Assembly: GCA_963734495.1 (NCBI GenBank)
Contig: CAVTHK010000013.1
Coordinates: 32,001 to 96,000, forward strand
Direction of reading: 5' to 3'
From: an uncultured Spirochaetota bacterium
GTDB taxonomy: Bacteria > Spirochaetota > Spirochaetia > SZUA-6 > CAVTHK01
DNA: 64,000 nucleotides
This document shows, in pieces, positions 1 through 9,957 of this stretch. The position numbers and the translations under genes are program-made. Position 1 is the stretch's first letter; every line of letters starts with the position of its first letter. The notes beneath the pieces were generated by a model, which was given only the letters and a program-made list of their open reading frames with translations, was not told the origin of the DNA and made no database searches.

Positions 1-259
1 CCGCCTTGCGGTGCAATTCCGGCGGAACCCGTACGTTGAATGTTCCACGGTAGGACTTCTCAACGCGTTTGCCAGTCCGCTTGCACAACTGCAGGTAGTC
101 CTCAACCGCCTCTTTGAATCCGGCCGTCAGATCCCCGACACTCGCACCCTCAAAGGTCACCAGATCGTCAATCCCCTCGATCTTTCCGTGGAACACAGAG
201 TCGTCGGCGCTAAAGTGGACCGAGCCGACAAAACCCTTGTAGGTCAACACGTCAGCCAT
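1..259 (-). CDS. hicB: HicB-family antitoxin (3' end runs off the window)
   Basis: Not in the ORF track; manual translation from ATG at 259 gives MADVLTYKGFVGSVHFSADDSVFHGKIEGIDDLVTFEG...KSYRGTFNVRVPPELHRKA, a typical HicB/RHH sequence; abuts the hicA stop. Confidence 0.92.
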   Translation of the reverse strand, partial: MADVLTYKGFVGSVHFSADDSVFHGKIEGIDDLVTFEGASVGDLTAGFKEAVEDYLQLCKRTGKRVEKSYRGTFNVRVPPELHRKA

Positions 260-517
260 TCAGATAGCTCCTATGCGAACCAGCTCCGCCAACACCTCTT
301 CGACTTGGTACCGCTTGAGCTGCCTGGCAGGGTGAGGGCGACGCAGACGGATTATGTGTTTGGTGTCCGGGTTGTGAAATGCCACCCTCGAGCTGCCAGT
401 CCTGGCTGTGGTGAGCTCCACGTACCCAAGCCCACGCAACAGCGTCCGCAGCTCGTCAAAGGTCAAGTCCGTCGGCCGGCTGCGGAAGCGGGCCAGCAAC
501 TTGTCGTGACGGCTCAC
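260..517 (-). CDS. hicA: HicA-family toxin
   Basis: 85 aa, MSRHDKLLARF...DLTFDELRTLL...GSSRVAF...RPHP...LKRYQV; directly upstream of hicB. Confidence 0.9.
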   Translation of the reverse strand: MSRHDKLLARFRSRPTDLTFDELRTLLRGLGYVELTTARTGSSRVAFHNPDTKHIIRLRRPHPARQLKRYQVEEVLAELVRIGAI

Positions 518-523
518 AACAGC

Positions 524-569
524 AGTATACGAAAAGTCAAGATTGATTGCAACTGGGATGTAGTTGCAA
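524..569 (-). promoter_or_regulatory. sigma70-type hicAB promoter with overlapping inverted repeat (candidate HicB operator)
   Basis: Minus strand TTGCAA (547-552), 17 nt, TATACT (524-529), 6 nt, GTG start; inverted repeat TTGCAACT-N7-AGTTGCAA at 547-569. Confidence 0.7.
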
Positions 570-808
570 AATGAACCGCTCTGCCATCGTTCCTAATCTC
601 TCTTCTGCGAAGTCAGGCAGCGTCTTCTGGTCGCGCGCGGCGACCATAGTGTTCCCCGCCTCGCTTGCCAACCTGAAACCGCTGTTCGTGGTCACCGAGC
701 GGCGGCCCCTGGTGGCGGCCGCCTACCACGTCCTTCCCGCTGACCTGTTCGCCGCAGTGCGCGGCTATTGGGTCGTGGCCGATCCCTACGGCGACGGAGG
801 CACCTGCG

Positions 809-1229
809 ATGACGACCATTAGAAAGACAAGCCGCGATCTGGCGGTCACCATCCAGCCGCTCTCCGGTCGCGATGGGGAGTACCTGGCGTACTTCCGCTC
901 CGAGCCTCTGGAGGCCACGCTCAGCGTCTACTTTCACGACAGCCTCATGGGAGCCATCGCGTTGCACGAGTTTCGCCGAAATGCTGAGAAAGGCCTACGG
1001 GGTCAACGGTGTCCGCCTGGAGCTCTGTGACCAGACGGTGGTGTTCCGCAGCCGTGCGGTGCTGGACGTTCTCACTTCGAGGCCTTCCGGCCGGAACGTC
1101 TATAGCAGAGGGGAGCAGAGAGGAGGCCCCCCTCCGGAAGCGGTGTGGGCCGATTGCGGCTCGCGCCTACCGGTAAGGGCATACTACTTGCGGAAGGCGC
1201 GCGCCGAGGGCAGCCGCTGCGCTCGTTGA
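809..1229 (+). CDS. Small hypothetical protein, frameshifted near 975
   Basis: ORF 809..1030 N-terminus continues plausibly into the frame of ORF 873..1229 (AEMLRKAYG...); GGAGG upstream; true end uncertain. Confidence 0.4.
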
Positions 1230-1343
1230 AGGCTCCCCGCGGCCTTCGATGCCATCGGTGCCGCCGTTGATCTGGGTGCCTTTCGTGCTATCCTGGATGC
1301 GGCCAAGCGCCCGACGGCGCGGCTGACCGTTGCAGAGGTATCC

Positions 1344-1781
1344 ATGCGAGAATCACTGCTTGTCTTCGTGGATGGTACTATCTGCGACACGCGGCAGCGG
1401 CACTCGGTCGCTGGCACGCCAGCGTTCTACGGCCCGTCAATCATCATGGCAGACCTTCCGACTCCCGGCAGCGTCGAGTGCCTGACCGATCTGTCGCTCT
1501 CCTACGAGATAGTCTACATGGCCGCAAGGCCGGCCTGCGCACGCGAGGCCACAGAGCGGTGGCTGTCCCGATGCGGATTCCCTCCAGGGCCGCTCTACTT
1601 GGCTGCCACTCAGGACGAACGCCTGACCATCGTACGCACCCTGAAGTCCCGGCGATCCTTTCGGGCCGGCATAGGCGATCGCTGGGACGACAACGAGCTG
1701 CACTTGGAGATCGGCTGCATGAGCATCATAGTCAAGGAATTCGAGCCCAATTGGGCCACGGTTATCCGGCACGTCTCTTGA
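1344..1781 (+). CDS. HAD-superfamily small phosphatase-like protein
   Basis: VFVDGTICDT (DxDGT-like) N-terminal motif and GIGDRWDD C-terminal motif; GAGG RBS. Confidence 0.7.
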   Translation: MRESLLVFVDGTICDTRQRHSVAGTPAFYGPSIIMADLPTPGSVECLTDLSLSYEIVYMAARPACAREATERWLSRCGFPPGPLYLAATQDERLTIVRTLKSRRSFRAGIGDRWDDNELHLEIGCMSIIVKEFEPNWATVIRHVS

Positions 1782-2189
1782 ACGGTCCGAGTTGCCACGA
1801 GCCGCAAGCGCGGCCGCGTGTTGCGGAAGGGCGCATCGGCATTGCGGAGAGCTTCAACCACCGTGCCAGTAGGGGGAATCGGGATGTGCGCCTCCGCTCT
1901 CATGCCTGCACGCCTGCTGCAGAAGCTCTCGGAGCGCCGCGCATCGAACCGAAGATGATCTCCGTCGCAATCTGCCGTGGCCGACAGAAGGCGGACGCGC
2001 CCCCACGTCCTGTGGGGGCGCTCGACTGGGGGACCGGCCAGAGGTCGCCTGGCAGGATGCCGAGCGGCCTCTGGACCAGATCTTCCGACCAGCTCTATGG
2101 GGTCGGCTTTGGCCGTCCGATGCCCCGCGTGTCATCCATCGGTGGTGTCGTGTCTCCGTGGGTGATCGCCGACTGATCACCTCAATCAC

Positions 2190-2786
2190 TCAGAACGAAG
2201 CCGTCTTGACCTCTCCATCCCGCGCGTAGGAGGCGACGATCACGCCGCCGGGCGTTACCTTGCTTTCCAGCAGGCGGAAGTTGGCGGCAATGGCTCCTTC
2301 GCCGAAGAGACGCTTGCCCTTGCCCAATGTCACGGGGAAGATCTTCAGCCAGAGCTCGTCGACCAGGTCCTGCTTGATGAGCGTCTGCAGCAGGTTGGCG
2401 CTGCCGTATACGTGCAGGTCAGGACCGTCGGATGCTTTCAGTTTCCTTACCTCGCTCGCGGCATCGGTGAAGAACAGCGAGTTCTTCCAGCTATGAGACG
2501 AAAGCGTCCTCGAGGCGACATACTTCGTCATGTCGTTGATCCTGGGCCAGCCGTCCGCGTGCTCCGGCCAGTAGGACGCGAAGATCTCAAAGGTCTTTCT
2601 GCCCAGCAGCAGGTCGACGGGTCTGGACATCTGGCGGCCCATGATCTCGCCCGCCGTTTTGTCGAAGTAGGGGACGGTCCAGCCGCCAAGCCTGAAGCCA
2701 CCTGAGGTATCCTCGTCAGGTCCCCCTGGTGCCTGAATGATACCATCCAGCGAGACAAACTCGAGCGCGGCGATCCTTCTCATCAT
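2190..2786 (-). CDS. Dihydrofolate reductase / RibD C-terminal family protein
   Basis: FVSLDGIIQAPGGPDED...LLLGRKTFEIF...GSANLLQTL...DELWLKIFPVTLGKGKRLF. Confidence 0.9.
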   Translation of the reverse strand: MMRRIAALEFVSLDGIIQAPGGPDEDTSGGFRLGGWTVPYFDKTAGEIMGRQMSRPVDLLLGRKTFEIFASYWPEHADGWPRINDMTKYVASRTLSSHSWKNSLFFTDAASEVRKLKASDGPDLHVYGSANLLQTLIKQDLVDELWLKIFPVTLGKGKRLFGEGAIAANFRLLESKVTPGGVIVASYARDGEVKTASF

Positions 2787-3011
2787 CGACTCCTCTCCTG
2801 TGAACCAGGCTGTTTCTGTCTGGAAGCGCCACTCGTGCTTACCGAGCCAATGCTTCCGTCACCTTATTGACGTTCAGGGAGCAGCCAAATCGACACCGTG
2901 CGGGTGGAATGTCTCTCTTGACCCCGCTTGATGGCCTGGTGCCCTTGACCGCCAAAGGGTTCAACCCGTTGGCATTGAATGCCGCATCCCGATAGTCCAA
3001 TAAGCACTGGG

Positions 3012-3338
3012 CGTGGTGGACGACGGCCTCGACATCCTCGGCCCCGCACTGCTCTCGCTGGCCGGGCATGGCGACCGCCTCCGGATGCACTGCCTGCTCG
3101 CCTAGGTGAACTGCAAGCCGACCAAGACGGGCGTGTCGTTCACCTGGGAGGCGCGTGGGAGTACGACTGGATGTCGGGCTCGGGCCGCGTGACGCTTGAC
3201 AAGGCGGCCGGCTCAAGGGCACGTTCCGGATCAAGGACGGCGACTCGAGCTCATTCGTCGCCGTGCGCGCCGATGAGGCGGACGAGCCCATCCCGCCGCC
3301 CCCGAGCTACCGCGACAAGTGGCGATGGTCGCTGGTAG
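3012..3338 (+). pseudogene. Degraded hypothetical-protein gene
   Basis: Protein-like text (LRMHCLLA*VNCKPTKTGVSFTW...AWEYDWMSGSGRVTLD...KGTFRIKDGDSS...PPPSYRDKWR) interrupted by TAG at 3103-3105 and frameshifts; no clear start. Confidence 0.4.
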
Positions 3339-3384
3339 CCACGCCCGGTCTTGCGCTCCCGAGGTGCTTGAAGGAGATATAGAC

Positions 3385-4146
3385 ATGCGCACGCAACAAA
3401 CCGTTCTTCTCGTTGGCGGTACCGGACGCACGGGCGGGCGCGTGTTGCAGCAACTCCTGGGCCGCGGCATCAGCGTTCGCGCCATCGTGCGATCGGGCGG
3501 GAAGCTCCCGCCCGACGTCGCGGGCAACCCCAACCTGACGGTGATCGAGGCCAGCCTGCTGTCGCTTCGAGATGAGGAGCTGCAGCAGCACCTGCGCGGC
3601 TGCGATGCCGTCATCTCGTGTCTCGGTCACGTCCTCAGCCTCAAGGGCATCTTCGGACCACCGCGCGACCTTGTCACGAGAGCGACGACGCGCCTGTGCC
3701 GTGGGGTCGAAGCGCTGCAGCGCGCAGCGCCGGTCAAGTTCATCCTCATGAGCAGCGTCTCGGTCAATCGCCCGGGCGGCCTCGACACGCGCCGTGGCTT
3801 TTTCGAGAAGGCGTTTCTCTGGATGCTCCGCGGCGTGCTTCCCCCGGCCAAGGACAACCAGCGAGCCGCGGACTTCCTGCTCGAGAAGATCGGGCCGAAC
3901 AACGCGTTCGTTCAGTGGGCGGTGGTCCGACCGGACTCGCTCCTGGAGGGCGACGTCTCGGAGTACACGGTGCACGAGGGCCTCGTGAACAGCCTCTTCG
4001 CGCCCGGCAGTACGAACATGGCCAACGTCGCGCACTTCATGTGCGAGCTGGTGACAAACCCGAAGACGTGGGCCGACTGGAAGTCCAAGCTGCCCGTGAT
4101 CGTCAACGCTGCAGCGTCGAACGTCATGACGGCGAAGCCAGCCTGA
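3385..4146 (+). CDS. NAD(P)-binding oxidoreductase (atypical SDR/NAD(P)H-binding family)
   Basis: LVGGTGRTG Rossmann motif, WAVVRPDSL; RBS GAAGGAG before ATG 3385. Confidence 0.88.
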   Translation: MRTQQTVLLVGGTGRTGGRVLQQLLGRGISVRAIVRSGGKLPPDVAGNPNLTVIEASLLSLRDEELQQHLRGCDAVISCLGHVLSLKGIFGPPRDLVTRATTRLCRGVEALQRAAPVKFILMSSVSVNRPGGLDTRRGFFEKAFLWMLRGVLPPAKDNQRAADFLLEKIGPNNAFVQWAVVRPDSLLEGDVSEYTVHEGLVNSLFAPGSTNMANVAHFMCELVTNPKTWADWKSKLPVIVNAAASNVMTAKPA

Positions 4147-4177
4147 GTGGCAGACGGTCGAGCACCTCTGCCCAGGG

Positions 4178-4420
4178 TCAGGGCCGCCAGAGTTGGAGCC
4201 TGGCCCGCTGCACGGCCATCTGCTTCTCGTGGTCGAGGTCGCGGAGGAGGCGCTGGAACTCGCGGAGGCTCTCGTCGTCCGGCGTCTCGAGCTCGATGCC
4301 GTAGTTTGCGGCGGCCGGTCGTGCAGGTGATCTCGGCGACCAACCACTCGACCAGCCGCCGCCTCTGGTAGTCGCGCCGGTCCATCAGGCGTCCGAGCTT
4401 GCGGGCATTGCGGCGACGTC
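4178..4420 (-). pseudogene. C-terminal fragment of an unknown gene
   Basis: Stitched RKLGRLMDRRDYQRRRLVEWLVAEIT...NYGIELETPDDESLREFQRLLRDLDHEKQMAVQRARLQLWRP*; no convincing 5' end. Confidence 0.3.
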
Positions 4421-4472
4421 GGCCTCGCGCGCGCTGGCCAGGATGAGCCGCGCCGCGAGGCGCGGCTCCGCG

Positions 4473-6482
4473 TCAGCCTTCTATTTTAAGAGCTTCGAAG
4501 AGCCCGAGCTTCGGCACCTTGATCGCGAGCCTGCCGCCGGCCCACGCGTGTTCGTGCGCGGCTCCGGTCACGAGGCTCTTGACCGAGCGCGGCTTGCGTT
4601 CCCAGGGCAGATCCACCGACACCTCGCTCAGCGTCGCGGGCGCGAAGAAGCTCACGCCGAAGTGCCCCGAGTGGTTCACCAGGTGCACGAGCTCCCCCTT
4701 GCCGTCGCGGCGAGCCAGGCGCGTCACCTGCACCATCGCGGGCAGGCTCCCTCTCACGGGCTCGAGGCCGAGCACGCTCTCCAGGACGTCGACCACGAGG
4801 TCGGAGGTGTTCGGGTACCCCTGCCTGTGAAAGAGGGCACCCGGCATCCAGGGGAACCACGCCGCCCTGCCCTTGCCGTACGGGTTGACCGTGAACGCGG
4901 GCCGGTCCACCGGCGGGTTGAGCGGATAACAGCGCTCAGGCGGCCCGAAGGGCTGCGGCGGCAGAAGCTTCAGGTACTGCGCCGCCTTGCCGTCGTAAGC
5001 CGCGAACACGTACTCCCCGTCCAGGTAGGCGAGCGAGGTGAGCGCGAAGCGAGGAAGCAGCTTCTGGTCCGCGGCCGACAGCTTGAAGTAAGCGCCCCTC
5101 ATGTCGGCCCGGATCGCATCCACCGAGCGGATACCGAGGCTCTTGAGCGCGGGGACCGCCCGGCTCTCAAAGTCCTGGTCGTAGAAGCCGCTGCGGCCCG
5201 ATGCGACCAGCGTCCCGCCCGACTGCGCAAAGCTGTCCAGCCGCGAGGCCAAAGCGTCGCTCATGAAGCGGATGTCCGGCAGCACGATCGTCCTGTAGCG
5301 GTCCCACGAGATGTCCGCCGCGGCCCCGACCACGCACACGTCGAAGAGCTGGTGGCTCTCGAGCAGGAAACGGAACCAGCCGCGGTACTCGTTCTGGCTC
5401 TCGGCGGGCTTTACCAGCAGGATGCTCGCCTTGGATTCCAGGTCGCGATAGTCCTCTTCGTGGGCCGCGTGGTAGGCGAACGCCTCCTTGATCCCGGCGT
5501 AACCGCTCTTGTCCTCGTGGTTATCGAGCCGCCCGATGAGGTAGTAGTCGATGCCGCCGCCGTTGGCGAGCCCCTCCACGAGGCGCAGCTTCTGCTGGTG
5601 CGGCGAGACGGCCGTGTGGCGGTACTCGTAGTCGAGAAAGTCGACGGTCGTGTTGCTCGACTGCATCCCGGGGTAGGAGCCGACCGCCCACTTCGTGTTG
5701 TCGCTGCCGTTGTACTGCCAGTGCGGCAGCGCGCGGTCCATCCCCGTGTTGGACTCCTGGCGGATCAGCCCGCTGCCCAGCTCGAACGCCTTGTCGATCA
5801 GGATCTCGGGCCTGATCTTGCGGATAAAGGCGTCGACCTTCGCCTTGTGCTCCCTCGCCGTCTCGCGCGTGAACAGCTGGTACTTGCGGAACGCCGGGTC
5901 GCTCATGTCCTCGACCTTCGGCAGCGTCAGACCGAAGCGCTCGCGGAACAGGCGCTTGCAGTTCGCGCACTGGCAGATCCCGTGGTAGGCGTGGCTGTAG
6001 TCGCTGGTCTTGTACCCGCCCATGTTGAAGAAGATCCCGTCCACGTCCAGCGTCGTGATCGTCTCCTCGATGATCTTGAGCGCGTACTCCTGCTGGTAGC
6101 CGCCGTTGAGGCAGGCGTGCACGTCGCCGTTGTAGTCGACGATCCTCCCCTCGACGCTCACGTACGCCCAGTCCGGGTGCATCTCGTAGATCGGCCGCCT
6201 GATCTTCGAGAAGTCGGTCCGAGCGATGACCTTGATGCCCGCCTTGTGACAGGCGGCGATGATCTCAGCCAGGCTGGACCCCTTGAGGAACGGGCTCTGG
6301 TAATGATACGGCAGCTTCGTCGGGTAGCTCGCGATGATTCCTGAGGTGTTGATCATCGCCACCGTGGCCTTGAACTCCTTGAAGTCCGCCACGTAGCGCT
6401 CCGCGTCGATGTCGATCATGTCGATCTCGCGCAGGTTCGTCTGGATGAACCGCCACGGCCATCCCTTCCACCACTCCTTCAA
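4473..6482 (-). CDS. Putative glycoside hydrolase (hypothetical glycosyl hydrolase 6 / GHL6 plus beta-galactosidase trimerisation-like domain)
   Basis: WWKGWPWRFIQTNLREID...IIASYPT...IARTDFSK...DGIFFN...CQCANC; likely TTG start at 6482 after GAGGAGG. Confidence 0.8.
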   Translation of the reverse strand: MKEWWKGWPWRFIQTNLREIDMIDIDAERYVADFKEFKATVAMINTSGIIASYPTKLPYHYQSPFLKGSSLAEIIAACHKAGIKVIARTDFSKIRRPIYEMHPDWAYVSVEGRIVDYNGDVHACLNGGYQQEYALKIIEETITTLDVDGIFFNMGGYKTSDYSHAYHGICQCANCKRLFRERFGLTLPKVEDMSDPAFRKYQLFTRETAREHKAKVDAFIRKIRPEILIDKAFELGSGLIRQESNTGMDRALPHWQYNGSDNTKWAVGSYPGMQSSNTTVDFLDYEYRHTAVSPHQQKLRLVEGLANGGGIDYYLIGRLDNHEDKSGYAGIKEAFAYHAAHEEDYRDLESKASILLVKPAESQNEYRGWFRFLLESHQLFDVCVVGAAADISWDRYRTIVLPDIRFMSDALASRLDSFAQSGGTLVASGRSGFYDQDFESRAVPALKSLGIRSVDAIRADMRGAYFKLSAADQKLLPRFALTSLAYLDGEYVFAAYDGKAAQYLKLLPPQPFGPPERCYPLNPPVDRPAFTVNPYGKGRAAWFPWMPGALFHRQGYPNTSDLVVDVLESVLGLEPVRGSLPAMVQVTRLARRDGKGELVHLVNHSGHFGVSFFAPATLSEVSVDLPWERKPRSVKSLVTGAAHEHAWAGGRLAIKVPKLGLFEALKIEG

Positions 6483-6614
6483 TCTGTCCTCCTCGATCGG
6501 TTCCCCGTCACGGGGCACCGTAGCGCGAGTCGCGGCAGCCTGGCAATCGGCTCGCTTGCTCGCCTCCGGCCGGCTCCTTGACGCAGGCCCGGCCGCGGGC
6601 CACGCTCGGCATCA

Positions 6615-7358
6615 GTGCGCAACCTCCGGCTGACGGTCCAGTACGACGGCACCCGCTACCAGGGCTGGCAGCGTCTCGGCTCCGGCGCCGCGACGCGGAC
6701 CATCCAGGGCAGGCTCGAGGCCGTGCTCGCCCGCCTCACCGGCGAGCGCATCGCGGTCATCGGCGCGTCGCGCACCGACGCGGGCGCCCACGCCGAGGGG
6801 CAGGTCGCCAACTTCCACACCGCCTCGCCCCTCCCGCCCGACGCGATCCTGGAGGCGTTCGGCAGGTACCTCCCCGCCGACATCGTCGTGAGCGGCGTCG
6901 AGGAGGCCGAGCCGCGCTTTCACGCGCGCTACCTCGCGCGCAGCAAGCTCTACGTGTACCGCGTCTGCAACCGCCCGGTCCCCGACGTCCTGCGCCGGAG
7001 CTTCGCGCTCCACGTGCCTTCCCCGCTCGACATCGAAGCCATGCGCCGCGCGGGAGCGCTCCTCACCGGAGAGCACGACTTTGTAGGGTTCTCGTCCCTC
7101 AAGGCCGGGAAGCGGTCGACGGTGAGGACCCTCTTCTCGTTCGCGATCGTCGAGCGCGACGGCCGGATCGACGTTCTCTTCGAGGGCGACGGCTTTCTCT
7201 ACAACATGATCCGCATCATCATGGGCACGCTGCTCGAGGTCGGCGCCGGGGCGAGGCCGGCCGACGACGTCGCGCGCGCGCTCGCCTCGCGCTCCCGGGC
7301 CGACGCGGGGCCCACCGCGCCCGCGCACGGGCTCTGCCTGCTCGAGGTGCGGTACTGA
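6615..7358 (+). CDS. truA: tRNA pseudouridine(38-40) synthase
   Basis: YDGTRYQGWQ, ASRTDAGAHA catalytic motif, FLYNMIR, TAPAHGLCL. Confidence 0.96.
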   Translation: MRNLRLTVQYDGTRYQGWQRLGSGAATRTIQGRLEAVLARLTGERIAVIGASRTDAGAHAEGQVANFHTASPLPPDAILEAFGRYLPADIVVSGVEEAEPRFHARYLARSKLYVYRVCNRPVPDVLRRSFALHVPSPLDIEAMRRAGALLTGEHDFVGFSSLKAGKRSTVRTLFSFAIVERDGRIDVLFEGDGFLYNMIRIIMGTLLEVGAGARPADDVARALASRSRADAGPTAPAHGLCLLEVRY

Positions 7359-7409
7359 GCACAGGGATGTGCTCGCCCGGGGCCGACAGGGATGTCGGGA
7401 GCCCCGGGC
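7357..7409 (+). repeat. Two tandem hairpins carrying ACAGGGATGT
   Basis: GAGCAC-AGGGAT-GTGCTC (7357-7374) and CCGAC-AGGGAT-GTCGG (7383-7398), the second inside a GCCCGGGGC...GCCCCGGGC stem. Confidence 0.8.
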
Positions 7410-7463
7410 TGACCAGCCGCCGCCGAGTTGCGGCTCGCCTCCGATCCCGCCTATACTCCGCGC

Positions 7464-8553
7464 GTGAACAAGATCACCAGCATCGAGACGTTTGCCACGC
7501 GGCAGCTCTGCCTGGTGCGCGTGCGCACCGACGACGGGTCCGAAGGTTGGGGCCAGACCGCGCCCTTCAACGCGGACATCACGGCCGACGTCCTGCACCG
7601 CCAGGTGGCGCCCACGGCGCTCGGCGCGGACTCGAGCGACATCGGCGCCCTGGTCGACCGCTGCATCCTGAGCCAGTACAAGTTCCCGTGGTCGTACGTG
7701 TCGCGCGCCGCCTGCGGCATCGACACGGCGCTGTGGGACCTGCGCGGCAAGCGCGAGGGCAAGGGCGTCTGCGAGCTGTTCGGCGCGACGCCCGGCCGCG
7801 TTCCGGTCTACGGCTCGAGCATGCAGCGCGAGCTCCCGCCCAAAGACGAGGCCGCGCGCATGAAGCGCCTGCGCGAGGAGCGCGGCTTCGGCGCCTTCAA
7901 GCTGCACGTCATGAAGCCCAACGGCAACAACGCCGACGTGTACCCCGGCCGCACCGAGGAAGTCCTGCGCCTCGTGCGCAAGGCCGTCGGCGACGCCGAG
8001 ATCTACATGGATCCCAACGGCGCCTACACGCCCGACAAGGCCATCGAGGCGGCCAAAGTCTACAAGGAGCACGGCGTGGTGTTCTTCGAGGAGCCGTGCC
8101 CGTTCTGGGAGATCGAGCAGACGCGCCGAGGTGGCCAAGGCGCTCGAGATGCCCGTGGCCGGAGGCGAGCAGGACAACAACCTGGCGCAGTGGCGCAGGA
8201 TCTTCGCCATCGGCGCGGTCGACATCGCCCAGCCGGACATCGGCTACATCGGGGGCCTCGCCGGATGCTCAAGGTCGCCGAGATGGCAAAGGCGCACGGC
8301 GCGCGCTGCACGCCGCACACGGCCAACCGCTCGCTGCTCACGGTCTTCGGTCTGCACGCGATGCGGGTGGTGCCCAACGGGTTCCCGCTTCCTCGAGTAC
8401 AGCATCGAGGACACCCCGTGGACCGACAACCTCTACGACCCCGCGCCCGAGGTCGTCGACGGCAAGGTCGCCGTGCCCGAGGGCCCCGGGTGGGGAGTGC
8501 GCATCCGCCAGGAGTGGCTCGACAAGGCGGCCTACAAGAAGAGCGAGAAATAA
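7464..8553 (+). CDS. Mandelate racemase/muconate lactonizing enzyme (enolase superfamily), frameshifted
   Basis: GIDTALWDLRGK, AFKLH, MDPNG, FEEP, GGEQD, QPDIGYIGG, PEGPGWG spread over two frames. Confidence 0.88.
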
Positions 8554-8608
8554 ACTAGAGAAGAAGGCGCGCCGCCCGGCCGCGCCGTTCCCCGCCCGGC
8601 GGCGCGGT

Positions 8609-9910
8609 CTACTTCAGGAAGAGCTCGATCACGGGCACGGTCACCGGCGGCTTCTTGACCGGGATCTCGAGCGTGAGCAGCCGCGCGTCGCGGCTCTCCT
8701 TCATCGCGCCGTATTCCGCCTCCGGGACGCGGCGCAGCATCCGGATCTCGGAAGCGTCGTTCAGCAGCTGCGCGTACTCGACCCGGTCGGCCATCCCGTC
8801 GAGGTGGATGTGGCGGAAGGGCCAGGCGAACACGTGCAGGTACAGCCGCCTCGTCTCCGGGTTCCACGTGAGGCGGCAGTCCGGGCGGACACGGCGATGT
8901 CGGCCGGCGCCTGCGTGCAGCCGTAGATCGAGCGGCCGTGCCGCCTCATCCACTCCCCCATTCCCGCCAGGCGCTCGAGCGCGCGGTCGTCGATCTCGCC
9001 CCGCCCCGTCGGCCCGACGTTCAGCAGCAGGTTGCCGCCCTTGCTCACGGTGTCGATGAGCATCTGCACGAGCTGCTCGACGCTCTTCCACGACTCCTCG
9101 TCCCGGTGGTAGCCCCACGAGCCGCTAAAGGTCTGGCAGGCCTCCCACACCACCGGCTGCCCGTCGACGCGCACCCACTCGCGCGGCATGAACTGCTCGG
9201 GCGTCTTGATGTCCTGGTCGATCTCGAGGCGGTCGTTGACGAGGATGCGCGGCGCGAGCTCACGCACCAGGGCCAGCAGCTTCTCGCTCTGCCAGACGTC
9301 CTTGCCCTTGCCCGCGAAGCGGTCGCTCGGCCGCGGCGAGAAGTCGAACCACAGGATGTCGATCTTGCCGAAGCGCGTGAGCAGCTCGCGCGTCTGGCCG
9401 TGCAGGTACTCGACGTAGCGGCGGATGTCGCGCTTCGCTGTCTGCCGCCGCGTACGCGGCGTCGTTGCGCATCGGGTGGTGCTGGTCGAGCGTGTAGTCG
9501 GGGTGGTGCCAGTCGAGCAGCGAGTGATAGAAGCCCGTGCGCAGCCCGCGGCGGCGGAACGCGTCGACCATCGGGGCGAGCAGGTCGCGGCCGTAGGGCG
9601 TGCTCGTCGCCTTGTAGTCGGTGAGCGTCGCTGTCCCACAGGCAGAAGCCCTCGTGGTGCTTTGTCGTGACGACAAAGTAGCTCATGCCCGCGTCGGCCG
9701 CGGCCCGCGCCCACGACGTCCGGGTCGTAGAGGTCCGGGTCGAAGTGCGCGGAAGTACTTCGCGTAGGTCTCGTCGTCGATCTCCTCGCGGCTCTTGACC
9801 CACTCGTGACGCGCGGCGAGCGAGTAGAGCCCCCAGTGCACGAACAGGCCGAAGCGGTCGTGCGTGAACCAGGACGTGTCGCCGGGCGTCGGGACGGTCT
9901 GCAGGCTCAT
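8609..9910 (-). CDS. Alpha-L-fucosidase (GH29), multiple frameshifts
   Basis: [59 protein letters not shown]. Confidence 0.9.
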
Positions 9911-9957
9911 CGGAGCCCTCCTTGCAGTGGCGGCCGCGCGCCGCAGCCGGCCCGCGC

